Part shown: piece by piece, positions 27,082 to 37,614 of the stretch
Layout of the letters: each line of letters starts with the position of its first letter
Numbering within the stretch: position 1 is the stretch's first letter
Source of the DNA: Candidatus Levybacteria bacterium RIFCSPHIGHO2_01_FULL_37_17
GTDB lineage: Bacteria; Patescibacteriota; Microgenomatia; Levybacterales; UBA12049
Assembly (NCBI GenBank): GCA_001782035.1
Contig: MFNL01000001.1
Location: 277,012 to 341,011 of the forward strand
Direction of reading: 5' to 3'
Length of the DNA stretch: 64,000 nucleotides
Position numbers and translations under genes: made by a program
Notes under the pieces: model-generated
What the model was told of the DNA's origin: nothing
The model's input: the letters and a program-made list of their open reading frames with translations, nothing else
Database searches by the model: none

Positions 27082-28050
27082 TTATTGAGTATTTCTATTG
27101 CGGTAAACGTAATAGGCAATTGCGGCAATAAGTATAAGAAGAGAAAGTGCTAGAATCCAATTTTTTGCAATCCAATTCATGGGTGCAGTTAAAGGATTTT
27201 TAGACATCTCTTCTGATTCTTCGGGCTCTGATGGTTGTGCACTTTCTGTTGCCAAGACTTCTCCACCTTGGCCTGTTGCTTCTGCTCCCTCTCCTAAAAC
27301 CGAACCCGTACCAGTTCCCCCTACAGGGATAGCTCCTTGCGTAACAGTCGTTGTCGGGTTGACTATTGTAGTAGTAACATTTGAATCTCCTATAACACCT
27401 GAGCCGTTTCCATAGGTATCGAAGGCTCTAATAACATAATAATATGTAGTATTACAATTTGGCGAAACGTTATCTGTCATGCTTCCATCGGTATTTGAGC
27501 CTATATTGACACTGTTTACTTGATGAGCTGAGTCAACGTTAAAGCTTGTATCAGAGGATCTATATAAATTCACCTTCACAGTTTTTCCGCCATCATCTGC
27601 TGTTCTAAACGATATTTTATAGGTACAATCATCCTGCTTTGATTTACTATAATTAGTTGGAGTTCCTGGAGTAGAATTGTTGAAATCTGTACTTACTGTT
27701 GAGCTTGTTGAGCTTGAAGTTCCTTGTGCAGTTGCATAAAAGCTATACGTACCGTTTCCTTGATTTAAAGAAACGTCGCATGTGTCTGTATTCCCACCTG
27801 CTGAGGTTACAATGTCGCTTCCAAATTGCGAGAAGCTGCCGCTATCACCCGGACCTGATTTAAAACATTTAACCGTAATAGTCTGTGAGGAATCTGTATC
27901 AAGAGCAACGAATGTTAATGTAAATGAGTCATCGTTTGTTTGGCTTGGGGGAGTCTGAAGTCTTACTGAAGTTGCAGCAAAACTTGTCCCAACAAAGACA
28001 AACAATGCAAAAATTGAAAGCAATAATGATTTAATTATCTTATTTTTCAT
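27082..28050 (-). CDS. Secreted Ser/Thr-rich FN3/Ig-like surface protein with C-terminal TM anchor
   Basis: Signal peptide, YYYVIRAFD FN3 strand, VLG-type linker motifs, TM plus RNRN tail. Confidence 0.8.
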   Translation of the reverse strand: MKNKIIKSLLLSIFALFVFVGTSFAATSVRLQTPPSQTNDDSFTLTFVALDTDSSQTITVKCFKSGPGDSGSFSQFGSDIVTSAGGNTDTCDVSLNQGNGTYSFYATAQGTSSSTSSTVSTDFNNSTPGTPTNYSKSKQDDCTYKISFRTADDGGKTVKVNLYRSSDTSFNVDSAHQVNSVNIGSNTDGSMTDNVSPNCNTTYYYVIRAFDTYGNGSGVIGDSNVTTTIVNPTTTVTQGAIPVGGTGTGSVLGEGAEATGQGGEVLATESAQPSEPEESEEMSKNPLTAPMNWIAKNWILALSLLILIAAIAYYVYRNRNTQ

Positions 28051-31000
28051 ATCTTTTCTTTAATCTAAGTCCTAAAAGCAAGCTTCCTGTTCCAGTGCCC
28101 AGTAATAGAGCTGCCATTATAACCCAAATCGTATTTTCTCCAGTAGCAGGTAGTTCAGTAGATGCTCCCAAAACCTCCTGGGTCGCTTTATACTCGGCGC
28201 TTGGTTGGCTAGTGTTAACAAGTGAAACTTCTGTTCCGACAAAATTGCTATCCGGGTCTGCCGTATCCAAGTCTCCAGGGTTAACCGCAAGCGCCAAAAT
28301 CAGGCTTGATGGATCTCCGATGGGTGTGCCCTTAGCCCATGCATTATCATAGTATGTTCCGGCTGCTTGCCCGCTGCCTATTGTAGCTTTGTATATTAAA
28401 GTGAATACGTCGCCCGGATTTGCACTACCAAGAGTCCACGTTCCGGGAGATGCATACGTAGGCTCACTTATACTTCCGGTTATATCGGTTGTTGCTCCTA
28501 AATATGGTGTATAGAGAACTTGGTACGAACCACCATTATAAGAGAATCCATCAGGAAGAAGATCGGTAGCCGTTATATTGTCTCCCGGTCCTTGATCTGG
28601 ATCAACTGTTAAGGTCAATGTGTATGTAACAACGTCTCCAGTATTTTTATCCCCAACTGCATCATTTTCCTTAGAAATCGTGAGAAGAGGTTCAGCGTTA
28701 TGATTAAGGATTTGGCAAAATACTGTTTGTCCAGAGCTAACGAAAAGATCAAGCGTATCGTCTTCGTTTATCGCTACTTCTTGACCACAGCTAATTGCAG
28801 TTTGTTCCCATCCATCCTGTAAATTTTCGCCTAATGTGTATGTTCCTGGAATAAGATTATTAAACGTCACTGTTCCAGTAGGATCTGTTAGTTGTGAAGT
28901 TTGTCCTGTTAAATTTATTGTCCAGTCCGAAAGAACAGGATCTTCTCCTTCTAATAGTCCGTTTCCATCTTCATCATTGTATTTCGTAACAATAACTTGA
29001 CCTTCCTGTGTATTAATAAAGGTATAAGACTCATTTTGTCCGCTCGTGGGTGTTTCAAAATCGTGCGTTGAATCATTTAATGGCGTCCATCCATCTCTGT
29101 CTTCTTCGGTTACAGAATAATTATGATTTGGTCCAAGATTTGTAAATGTGTAGCAGCCGTCTTCTCCGGTCGTTTGCGCACTTCCACTTGCAACACCGTC
29201 TACATTAAGTGTCATTTCCCATCCTTGTACATCACTTTGGTCTTCGTCCGTCTCTGGATCTCCGTCAACATCTTCCACCTTACATACAGTAATGTCGATA
29301 TTTTTAAAGTTGACAAAATCTTGTCCCGTAATTGTATCTCCGGCAGTAAGAGTAATGTTATAAAAAAGAGAAGTTAATGCTGTCCATCCAGCTTGAAGCA
29401 CCTCTCTTACCTGATAATAATCTGGGATAAGGTCAGTAAAGCTATAAGAACCATCAGAAAGAGTATTTGTTGTTAAGTAGAAAACACAGCCAATAAAATC
29501 GAATCCACAATTGTTGTAAAGATCAATCACCCAATTTTCAAGTCCAGTTTGATCTCCTGTTGTGTCCGTGTCGCCATCGGCATCTTCAAATTTAGACCCC
29601 AAGACTGAGCCCAGCTTGGTATTATATATTGTGCACTCAGCTGTTTGTCCTGAGGCAACTGCTACTTCCTGACAATCGCTTTCATCTTCGCTCCACCCGG
29701 ATTGTGCCTCCTCATTAACGTCGTATGTCCCTGGTGTGACTGTGAAAGACTCTGAATGGTTTGTAGCAAGCGTTGTTCGGGTTGCCGGAGCAGTTATTGT
29801 TCCAGATCCAGTTGCAGTAATGGTGAATTCGGTTAGATCATTGGTCGGATCTGTAACTTTATGAACAATTAAAGTCCCGTTGTCGATCGCATTACAAATA
29901 GTAATTTCATTAGTTTCACCGGGTTCAACCTCAATCACTGCCGGTAATGTATGATAAGCCGCTGGTTCAGGAAGGCTCTCACAACTATAGTCTTGGTTTG
30001 AAGGGAACCATCCAACAAAGTGGTAACCGGAAACGCTACTCTCATCAACTGAGTGTTCTCCTGGCTCAACATCGTTAACTGGAGAGCCCATTGTGTTAGT
30101 ACCTGACCCATCAAGGCTCCAGCTAAATCCTAACCCATCTGCTTCTGTATTTTCATCATCAGTAGATCCCTCATCGCTAAATCCGTTGGCATTTCCGTCT
30201 ACAATTTTATTTACCTTAACCGAGCCTGTTTCTGGCTCACAACCGTTGAGATCAATCGTTGCGCTATCTGAATTATTAGAGGTTGTTCCCTCTTCTGTAG
30301 CAGCACTAACACTGACCTCATTTATTAAAGCCGGACAATCATCCTCGGTTGTCACTCTTGTAACGGTATAAGTACGGCTTCCAGATACTCCAAGATCAAT
30401 ATTGGTACATTGGAAACTTCCAGTTGCGTTTTGATCACAAGCTGAGCCGCCTGTATAGTTTACAGCCCAGGTTCCGGGTGGAAGAATATCGTCAAGAACA
30501 ACATCGTTTATACTTTCGCCTCCGACAGAAGAAACGACGATTGTAAATTGGGCCGAATCTCCGACATTGATTGGTCCGTTCCCCACTTTCGTAACTTCGA
30601 CATCTTTACAAGCGAGAGTTATACTTTGTGAGTCAGAGTTATTTGCACTATTACCATCATTTAAGACGGTAATTGTTGCCGTATTATCAATTACACCACA
30701 GTCATCAATATCAGTAGTAGCTTTTACTTGAATTGTCTTTGAGGCTCCAGAGGCTAAGCTGTTGATAGTGCAAGTAAGGAGGTTTCCAACGATAGTACAG
30801 CTTGTCCCCGTAGGAAATCCACTCGCTCCGTCCTCTTCCCAAACTAATCCGCTTGTACCACTTGGAAGATTGTCGGTAAGAGTAAAATTTCCGCTAGCTT
30901 GATCACTTTCATTCTTAACAATTATGTTGTAATGTGCAACAGCCCCTGCACTTATACTTGCATCATCAGCTGTTTTATTTACGCTTACGTCAATGCAGTC

Positions 31001-32122
31001 TTCGACTGTAATCTTATTGTTATTGTCGGAAGCATTAAGTGTATTTCCGTTTCGACTATTAATTGCGGTGGCGCTAGCGTCGTTTGAGATTACTCCGCAG
31101 AATCCGGTCGTATCTTGACTTACGGTAATCGTCTTTGTTTGTCCTTTTGGCATATCGCCAAAGTTACAAGTTAAAAGATTGCTGCCGTTGATACTACAAG
31201 AAGCTGCATCAGCTCCTCCTAAAGTCCAAGAACCGACTGGGAGCTGGTCTGTCAAAACTACGTTTTGGGCCGTTGTGCCAGTGGCGCTTGCATCTGTGTC
31301 TACTGATATCGTGTATGTTGCTGTATCACCTGAATTAATGGTTGAATCCGCAGCTGTCTTGGTTACGTCGATCTTTGCGTCTGTGTCAGTAAAGGTGATA
31401 GATGCAACTAAAATATTTGAAGAATCAAAAACCTCAACTTTATAGTTCAACCTCTCGATCCCGTCCAGCTGATAAGCGTAAATAAAACTTCCTTCCTCAT
31501 TCGAATTAACATCATCTTCAAAATGTACAGGGGGAAGATCTTCAGAAGATATAATTATTTTGTAAGTAGTATTGGGAAAAAAGTTTCTACCGGTGATAAA
31601 AACAGCATCATCTGGAAAATAATCAGCCTTATCTGTAACAAGACTTGCGCTTTTTTCAGAAGTTAATATCGTGTCGCTATTTAAAAGCTCTGAGGAGCCG
31701 GAATTTATTGATTCTGCGGAAACATTATCAAGTATTACCATGTTAAGTTCTGTATTTAAATCTGTTTGTTCCAGCTCTGAACCTGAAGAGGCTTGATTTT
31801 CTAAGGCACTTGTTGACGAAGGAGGAGACAGATTGTCAACCTGAGTAGTATCGTTAGCGGTTGGTGAATCAGTCGGCTCTTGTGAAACAGTTTCTGATTG
31901 CGTGTCGCTTGGTGTGGGGGTAATTGTGTGTGTCGGTGTACCTTGCTCTACAACGGGAGTTGGAGTTGGTGCATCCGTTGGTGTTGATTGATCAACCGTT
32001 TCGGCGGGTGTTTCAGTTGTCGTTACTTCTTGGGCAGAAACCACATAAGGACTAATCGATTGGGCAATAAGCGATAATACTGCGACAAAAACAATAAATT
32101 TTTTAATTAATGTTTGTTTCAC
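28040..32122 (-). CDS. 1360-aa LPxTG-anchored adhesin-like protein with DUF11 and SdrD-B/Cna-B-like repeats
   Basis: Signal peptide, T/P-rich linker, repeats such as VTKT..GDTATYTI, KxxDxDG motifs, LPATG plus TM plus RLKKR. Confidence 0.88.
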   Translation of the reverse strand: MKQTLIKKFIVFVAVLSLIAQSISPYVVSAQEVTTTETPAETVDQSTPTDAPTPTPVVEQGTPTHTITPTPSDTQSETVSQEPTDSPTANDTTQVDNLSPPSSTSALENQASSGSELEQTDLNTELNMVILDNVSAESINSGSSELLNSDTILTSEKSASLVTDKADYFPDDAVFITGRNFFPNTTYKIIISSEDLPPVHFEDDVNSNEEGSFIYAYQLDGIERLNYKVEVFDSSNILVASITFTDTDAKIDVTKTAADSTINSGDTATYTISVDTDASATGTTAQNVVLTDQLPVGSWTLGGADAASCSINGSNLLTCNFGDMPKGQTKTITVSQDTTGFCGVISNDASATAINSRNGNTLNASDNNNKITVEDCIDVSVNKTADDASISAGAVAHYNIIVKNESDQASGNFTLTDNLPSGTSGLVWEEDGASGFPTGTSCTIVGNLLTCTINSLASGASKTIQVKATTDIDDCGVIDNTATITVLNDGNSANNSDSQSITLACKDVEVTKVGNGPINVGDSAQFTIVVSSVGGESINDVVLDDILPPGTWAVNYTGGSACDQNATGSFQCTNIDLGVSGSRTYTVTRVTTEDDCPALINEVSVSAATEEGTTSNNSDSATIDLNGCEPETGSVKVNKIVDGNANGFSDEGSTDDENTEADGLGFSWSLDGSGTNTMGSPVNDVEPGEHSVDESSVSGYHFVGWFPSNQDYSCESLPEPAAYHTLPAVIEVEPGETNEITICNAIDNGTLIVHKVTDPTNDLTEFTITATGSGTITAPATRTTLATNHSESFTVTPGTYDVNEEAQSGWSEDESDCQEVAVASGQTAECTIYNTKLGSVLGSKFEDADGDTDTTGDQTGLENWVIDLYNNCGFDFIGCVFYLTTNTLSDGSYSFTDLIPDYYQVREVLQAGWTALTSLFYNITLTAGDTITGQDFVNFKNIDITVCKVEDVDGDPETDEDQSDVQGWEMTLNVDGVASGSAQTTGEDGCYTFTNLGPNHNYSVTEEDRDGWTPLNDSTHDFETPTSGQNESYTFINTQEGQVIVTKYNDEDGNGLLEGEDPVLSDWTINLTGQTSQLTDPTGTVTFNNLIPGTYTLGENLQDGWEQTAISCGQEVAINEDDTLDLFVSSGQTVFCQILNHNAEPLLTISKENDAVGDKNTGDVVTYTLTLTVDPDQGPGDNITATDLLPDGFSYNGGSYQVLYTPYLGATTDITGSISEPTYASPGTWTLGSANPGDVFTLIYKATIGSGQAAGTYYDNAWAKGTPIGDPSSLILALAVNPGDLDTADPDSNFVGTEVSLVNTSQPSAEYKATQEVLGASTELPATGENTIWVIMAALLLGTGTGSLLLGLRLKKRYEK

Positions 32123-32297
32123 TCAAGCAAAACCCTCATCCATCCAAATTTAGATGTCGCGATAGTACCACCAACAGTAATAAAGTACAATACCCTATAG
32201 TAGTAATAAAACAAAGGCAATTTTATAGACCTATAGCTATGTTTCAAGACGTTTAAATTTGACAATATTATTATTGTTTGGTAGTATTTTTTTAACA

Positions 32298-32879
32298 ATG
32301 AAAATTAAGATTGTTTTTCTAATTTTCATCCTTCTTTTTACCTTATCTATATTTCCTGTATTTGCTCAAGATGAGAACTCGACCATAACTCCAACTACAA
32401 AAAGAATTGAAGTGAGACAAAAAACTCAAGAAAGAATTGAGACGGTTAAAGAAAATATTGCCCAAAGACTGGAAGGAATAAAATTACGATCCTGTCAAGC
32501 AAGAGAAAATGCAATAAATAACAGAATAAACAGCCTAACCAGACTTACCGGAAATATGGAAGTAAAATTTGCGAGCATCTCGGCAAGAGTGCAAGAGTAC
32601 TATAGCAGTACTCTAGTTCCGGATGGAAAAACCCTTTCTAACTACGATAGTCTGCTATCTGATATTTCGGCAAAAAAAGATGCAGTAGATGCAGCATTAG
32701 CGACAGCTAAAGCATTGGGTGAGGATTTTTCGTGTCAGGCGGACAATCCAAAAAGTTTATTTACAACTTTTAGAGAAAACATGCAGGCAGTTAAAAGTGC
32801 GCTAAAAGAATACAGAACATCAATAAAAAATTTAATAGTTGCGATTAGAACCTTAAACTCGGAAGAAAATTCAGAATAA
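32298..32879 (+). CDS. Secreted helical/coiled-coil hypothetical protein
   Basis: Signal peptide (VFA-Q), coiled-coil, two Cys. Confidence 0.75.
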   Translation: MKIKIVFLIFILLFTLSIFPVFAQDENSTITPTTKRIEVRQKTQERIETVKENIAQRLEGIKLRSCQARENAINNRINSLTRLTGNMEVKFASISARVQEYYSSTLVPDGKTLSNYDSLLSDISAKKDAVDAALATAKALGEDFSCQADNPKSLFTTFRENMQAVKSALKEYRTSIKNLIVAIRTLNSEENSE

Positions 32880-32880
32880 C

Positions 32881-33117
32881 ATGAAACCTAATTATCTGAC
32901 ATTAATTTTAACAGCTGTTATAGTGCTTATAGTTTTAGTTGGAGCATATCTTTTTTTAAGCAAGGGCAATACGTATGCCCCCACGACTCAAAATGAAGTA
33001 ACAGTAATTGAAAATCCTCAAGACTTAAACGAGGCTAATAGTGCATTAGATAGCGAGGATCTAGACAATATAGACTCATCTTTGGACCAACTTGATTTGG
33101 AAGCTGCAAGCTTTTAG
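32881..33117 (+). CDS. Small membrane-anchored acidic protein
   Basis: N-terminal TM, D/L-rich tail; directly follows the upstream gene. Confidence 0.7.
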   Translation: MKPNYLTLILTAVIVLIVLVGAYLFLSKGNTYAPTTQNEVTVIENPQDLNEANSALDSEDLDNIDSSLDQLDLEAASF

Positions 33118-33119
33118 GC

Positions 33120-34211
33120 TTATATCCACCTCTTAATACGGAAGTAAAAAAGCATTATAAGAATAGGTACAATTGAAATTATACAAATTAAGATAAATGT
33201 TGTGTAGGGTCCCCAAAAGTCCCATGGTCCAGTTTCAATTCCACCAGGCAAAAGGATGTTCATGCCAAAAAAAGTCCCAAAAACAGTAGCAGGAATGGTT
33301 AAGGTAAATATTATAGTAAGAAATGCAATTATTTCATTATTTTTAGAATTTATAAGAGATTCGTTGCTTTCGGAAATACCTTCAATTAGCTCACGGTTGT
33401 TTTCCAGTCTTTCAGATAAAGTTTGAATGTGATCTAAAACGTTGCCCCAATAAGACTTCATGGTCCCGTTAAAAACTTCGTATTTTCCCTCTTCAAGCTG
33501 TTTTAGGATTGGTAAAACGGCTCGAATCATTGTATGAAAATAAACTATATTCCTTCTGGTTACAGATATATCTTCCAATATGTCTTGAGATTTCTTGGTT
33601 TCAAGATGCCTGTCTATTCTTTCAATTTTCGCAGAGAGCTCATTAACAATAGGAAAACACATATCAACTAAAGCATCAATTATCCTATATCCAAAAAAAA
33701 TCGGGCCTTTGCCCATAAAATCGTCTCTACTTGAAATATTCTTTTCGCAAATCTTAAAAATCTCATCCAAAATAGGTATTTCATTGTCGTGGAGAAGTAT
33801 TAAATACCCCTTTCCCATAAAAAGATATACTTGACTATAAAATATTCTTTTTTTCTCTGGATGAGCTTGTTTTGGGAGAGTGTAGGAAAGAGCTTTAGTG
33901 GGAAGCGTAAGAATATTACTAATAGTACTTTTAACAAATTTTAATGGTCGCTTTACATATGGAGTGCTTGGAAGATCTTCACCAAGTCTTTCTATATAGT
34001 TTTTAGCAGTTGTTAGAACAGGAAAGTCCAAAACTATGAGGCTGTAATCCTCATAAACTTCTATTTTGGAAATCTGAGTTTTATTCTCAAAATCCTCAAG
34101 GTCTAGAGGATTAAACTTATATGCTTTAATTAGCTTTTTAAGAACCTCGTCTCTTGGGTTTGCAATACTTAGGAATTGAAAATTCTTATGGTTTATTCTT
34201 TTGATATCCAT
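33120..34211 (-). CDS. corA: CorA family Mg2+/divalent cation transporter
   Basis: FFGMN signature and two C-terminal TM helices. Confidence 0.9.
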   Translation of the reverse strand: MDIKRINHKNFQFLSIANPRDEVLKKLIKAYKFNPLDLEDFENKTQISKIEVYEDYSLIVLDFPVLTTAKNYIERLGEDLPSTPYVKRPLKFVKSTISNILTLPTKALSYTLPKQAHPEKKRIFYSQVYLFMGKGYLILLHDNEIPILDEIFKICEKNISSRDDFMGKGPIFFGYRIIDALVDMCFPIVNELSAKIERIDRHLETKKSQDILEDISVTRRNIVYFHTMIRAVLPILKQLEEGKYEVFNGTMKSYWGNVLDHIQTLSERLENNRELIEGISESNESLINSKNNEIIAFLTIIFTLTIPATVFGTFFGMNILLPGGIETGPWDFWGPYTTFILICIISIVPILIMLFYFRIKRWI

Positions 34212-34313
34212 AATTAAATATTAAACTTACACTAAATTATGCCGGCTAAAAAGACACAATACTTTAATTTTAGTTTCGTTATATAATTAGTGTCAACCCG
34301 CAATATTAAGGGC

Positions 34314-34348
34314 TTGACATTCTAGCAGATGATATGATAGAGTGCTAA
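34314..34348 (+). promoter_or_regulatory. lon promoter with CIRCE-like (HrcA) operator
   Basis: TTGACA at 34314; CTAGCAGAT-N9-GAGTGCTAA versus consensus TTAGCACTC-N9-GAGTGCTAA (right arm 9/9, left arm 5/9). Confidence 0.7.
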
Positions 34349-34354
34349 TAGAAA

Positions 34355-36718
34355 ATGCAAAGAGTTGTTCCGATAATACCAATTAGAGATGGAATAATAT
34401 TCCCCTATACCGATTCGGTATTAACCTTCGGCAGGCCAAAGAGCCTAGCTGCGCTTGAATATTCTTTTGCACAGGAGCGAATAGTCGGATTTGTTTTGCA
34501 GAAAAACGCAAAATTGAATGAACCTTCTTCTTCCGACCTCTACGCTATAGGCACCTTGTCCCACATCGAGCGAATGATAAAAAGTGAAGGAGAAATTAAT
34601 GCTCAAGTTAAGGGTTTATCAAGAATTAAAATACTTGAATATCTCCAAGATACCCCCTATTTAATGGCAAGAGTGGAAGAAGTAGAAGATACATTCCAAG
34701 ATACCCCAGAAATAAAAGCTCTTACAAACCACTTAATTACAGAGTTTAGAAAAGCAGTAAACTTGGGCAAATTTGTGGATTTTCTGGTTTTTATGAATGT
34801 TATGTCTGACAACAGCGCTACTCAACTTGCTGATCTGGTAGCCTCCGTTCTTGATCTAAAACCAAGCGAGAAGCAAGAAATTTTAGAGGAGAAAGATGTA
34901 AAGAAAAGACTAGAAAAAATAATTGAAATTCTTTCAAAAGAAATTAAGGTTTTGGAACTTGAGAAAAAGATTGCATCAAAGACGCAAGAAAGATTTGAGA
35001 AAGGCGCAAGAGAGGTAATGCTTCGCGAAAGACTTAAGACTATAGAAAAAGAGCTTGGGGAAAATGAAGAAGACGGTGAAATAAGAGAACTTTATACGAA
35101 GCTAAAAGAAGCCAAAATGCCTGAAGACACAGAGGAAAAGGCCAAGAAAGAAATAAAAAAGCTTTCCCAAATGAACCAGTTTAATCCGGAGTCCGCGTAC
35201 ATCAGAAATTATTTGGATTGGCTACTTTCACTTCCATGGTCGCTTGAAAGTAAAAATAGCGTAGATATAAAGCAGGCTGAGAAAATTCTTGATGAAGATC
35301 ATTATGGGCTTGATAAAGTTAAAGAAAGAATCACTGAATATTTAGCAGTACACAAATTGGCCGGTAAAATGAAAGGTCCGATCCTTTGCTTTGTAGGACC
35401 GCCGGGGGTGGGAAAAACTTCTATTGGCAAATCTATTGCTAGAGCACTAGGAAGACAATTTGTTAAAGTTTCATTAGGAGGAATAAGAGATGAAGCGGAA
35501 ATCAGAGGACACAGAAGAACTTACGTTGGGGCTTTGCCTGGAAGAATAATACAAGGTATTAAAGATGCTAAAACCAAAAACCCGGTTTTTATGCTTGATG
35601 AGATAGACAAGGTTGGAATCGACTTTAGGGGAGACCCCTCCTCTGCATTGCTTGAGGCCTTAGATCCTGAACAAAACCACGCATTTTCAGACCACTATTT
35701 AGAAGTACCATTTGATCTTTCTGACGTAATGTTTGTTACGACTGCAAATATTTTGGATACTATCCCCCCGGCACTTCGCGATAGATTGGAAGTAATTAAT
35801 TTTGCAGGATATACCCAAGATGAAAAATTCAAAATAGTTAAAGACTTTCTTCTTAAAAAACAAATGGAAGCTCACGGATTAAAACCTTCTGATATCGAAA
35901 TAACAGATAAGGCAATTAAATTTGTAGCAGAACATTATACCAGAGAAGCTGGAGTAAGAAGCCTGGAGCGGGAAATTGCGGCATTATTTAGAAAAGTTGC
36001 AAAACAAGTAGCAGAAGGGAAAAAGAAAAAAGTTATCATTACAGAGAAAAATGTGCCAAAGTTTTTAGGACCAATTAAAATTAGTTCTACTTTAATTGAA
36101 AAGAAAGATGAAACCGGTATGTCTACAGGACTGGCGTGGACGGAGGCAGGTGGAGACGTACTATTTATAGAAGTTGCTTTAATGCCTGGGAAGGGAAATT
36201 TAATTCTAACAGGACAACTTGGGGAGGTAATGAAAGAATCTTGCCAAGCAGCAATGAGCTATATAAGAGCAAGAGCAAGAGCACTGGGCTTGGATGAAAA
36301 GTTTTACCAGAGACTTGATATTCATGTGCACGTTCCTGAAGGCGCGGTTCCCAAAGACGGTCCCTCGGCCGGTATCGCAATTACAACTGCAATTGCATCA
36401 GCCCTCACCAAAATTCCGGTAAACAGAAAAGTTGGTATGACAGGTGAAGTAACTTTAAGAGGAAGAGCTTTAGAAATTGGAGGAGTCAAAGAAAAAGTAA
36501 TAGCAGCTCATAGAGCAGGGCTAAAAACCGTAATTTTACCCAAGGAAAATAAGAAAGACTTGGAAGATGTTCCAAAAGAAGTAATAAAAGACCTTAGCTT
36601 TAAGTTTGTTTCACATATGGATGAGGTATTAGATGTTGCGCTAACTCAGCATGTTCAAAAACAGCAAGAGCATTTTCAACGACCTGTTTTACATGCAACT
36701 CCTCCGCAAGTAGATTAG
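34355..36718 (+). CDS. lon: ATP-dependent Lon protease
   Basis: [38 protein letters not shown]. Confidence 0.97.
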   Translation: MQRVVPIIPIRDGIIFPYTDSVLTFGRPKSLAALEYSFAQERIVGFVLQKNAKLNEPSSSDLYAIGTLSHIERMIKSEGEINAQVKGLSRIKILEYLQDTPYLMARVEEVEDTFQDTPEIKALTNHLITEFRKAVNLGKFVDFLVFMNVMSDNSATQLADLVASVLDLKPSEKQEILEEKDVKKRLEKIIEILSKEIKVLELEKKIASKTQERFEKGAREVMLRERLKTIEKELGENEEDGEIRELYTKLKEAKMPEDTEEKAKKEIKKLSQMNQFNPESAYIRNYLDWLLSLPWSLESKNSVDIKQAEKILDEDHYGLDKVKERITEYLAVHKLAGKMKGPILCFVGPPGVGKTSIGKSIARALGRQFVKVSLGGIRDEAEIRGHRRTYVGALPGRIIQGIKDAKTKNPVFMLDEIDKVGIDFRGDPSSALLEALDPEQNHAFSDHYLEVPFDLSDVMFVTTANILDTIPPALRDRLEVINFAGYTQDEKFKIVKDFLLKKQMEAHGLKPSDIEITDKAIKFVAEHYTREAGVRSLEREIAALFRKVAKQVAEGKKKKVIITEKNVPKFLGPIKISSTLIEKKDETGMSTGLAWTEAGGDVLFIEVALMPGKGNLILTGQLGEVMKESCQAAMSYIRARARALGLDEKFYQRLDIHVHVPEGAVPKDGPSAGIAITTAIASALTKIPVNRKVGMTGEVTLRGRALEIGGVKEKVIAAHRAGLKTVILPKENKKDLEDVPKEVIKDLSFKFVSHMDEVLDVALTQHVQKQQEHFQRPVLHATPPQVD

Positions 36719-36720
36719 TG

Positions 36721-36794
36721 TACCCCGTATGGGAATCGAACCCATGATCTCGACATTGAGAATGTCGCGTCCTGGACCGCTAGACGAACGGGGC
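36721..36794 (-). tRNA. tRNA-Glu (anticodon CTC); CCA not encoded
   Basis: Reverse complement GCCCCGT...CGACA-TTCTCAA-TGTCG...GGTTCGATTCCC...ACGGGGTA; upstream TTGTCT-17-TAAAAT promoter. Confidence 0.96.
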
Positions 36795-36858
36795 ATGTCT
36801 ATATTTTACCTCAAACTGGCAGTTTAGACAATTGAGCTTGTTTTGCTATAATCAATGA

Positions 36859-37614
36859 GTGGATAATGTTTATTTAAGCGTTGTTATTCCCTCATATAAC
36901 GAAATCGCAAATCTTCGGAAAGGGACACTAGATAAGGTCCAGCACTTTTTGGAAAAGCAAACTTATTCTTATGAAGTATTAATTGTTGATGATGGCTCAA
37001 CAGATGGAAGCTTAGAGTTTGTAGAAAAGTTCATATTGGAAAATCCCAAGTTCAAAATATTGAAAAATCAGCATTTGGGAAAAGCAGGTGCAGTTACCTC
37101 GGGCATGCTAAATGCAAAAGGAGAACTGCGCCTTTTTACAGATATGGACCAGGCAACTCCGATTGAGGAAGTTAATGAGCTGACCCCTTTTACTAAAAAG
37201 GGATACGACGTGGTAATTGGCTCAAGAAGTTCGCATAGAGAAGGTTCTCCCCTGACTCGTCAATTCATATCATTATCCGCAATACTGTTGCGAAGAGTAC
37301 TCGTTGGCTTGAATGAAATATCGGATACCCAATGCGGATTCAAGTTGTTCACAAGAGATGCGGCAGATTTGCTTTTTAATAAAATAAGCGATATTCATCA
37401 TGGTTTCCATAAGATATCGGGCTCTGCAGTTACAGCAGGTTTTGATGTTGAGCTTTTATATTTAGCAAAAATTGAAGGTTTAAAAGTTAAAGAAGTTCCG
37501 GTCGACTGGCTATATGTTGAGACAAGAAGAGTGAGTCCAGTATCAGATTCTGTTAATGGGTTCTTAGATTTTGTAAGAATAGGTATTAATAGATTTAGGG
37601 GTAAATATAGATGA
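36859..37614 (+). CDS. GT2 polyprenyl-phosphate glycosyltransferase (Alg5-like)
   Basis: IPSYNE, VDDGSTD, FTDMD, DTQCGFKLF, FDVELL. Confidence 0.88.
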   Translation: MDNVYLSVVIPSYNEIANLRKGTLDKVQHFLEKQTYSYEVLIVDDGSTDGSLEFVEKFILENPKFKILKNQHLGKAGAVTSGMLNAKGELRLFTDMDQATPIEEVNELTPFTKKGYDVVIGSRSSHREGSPLTRQFISLSAILLRRVLVGLNEISDTQCGFKLFTRDAADLLFNKISDIHHGFHKISGSAVTAGFDVELLYLAKIEGLKVKEVPVDWLYVETRRVSPVSDSVNGFLDFVRIGINRFRGKYR

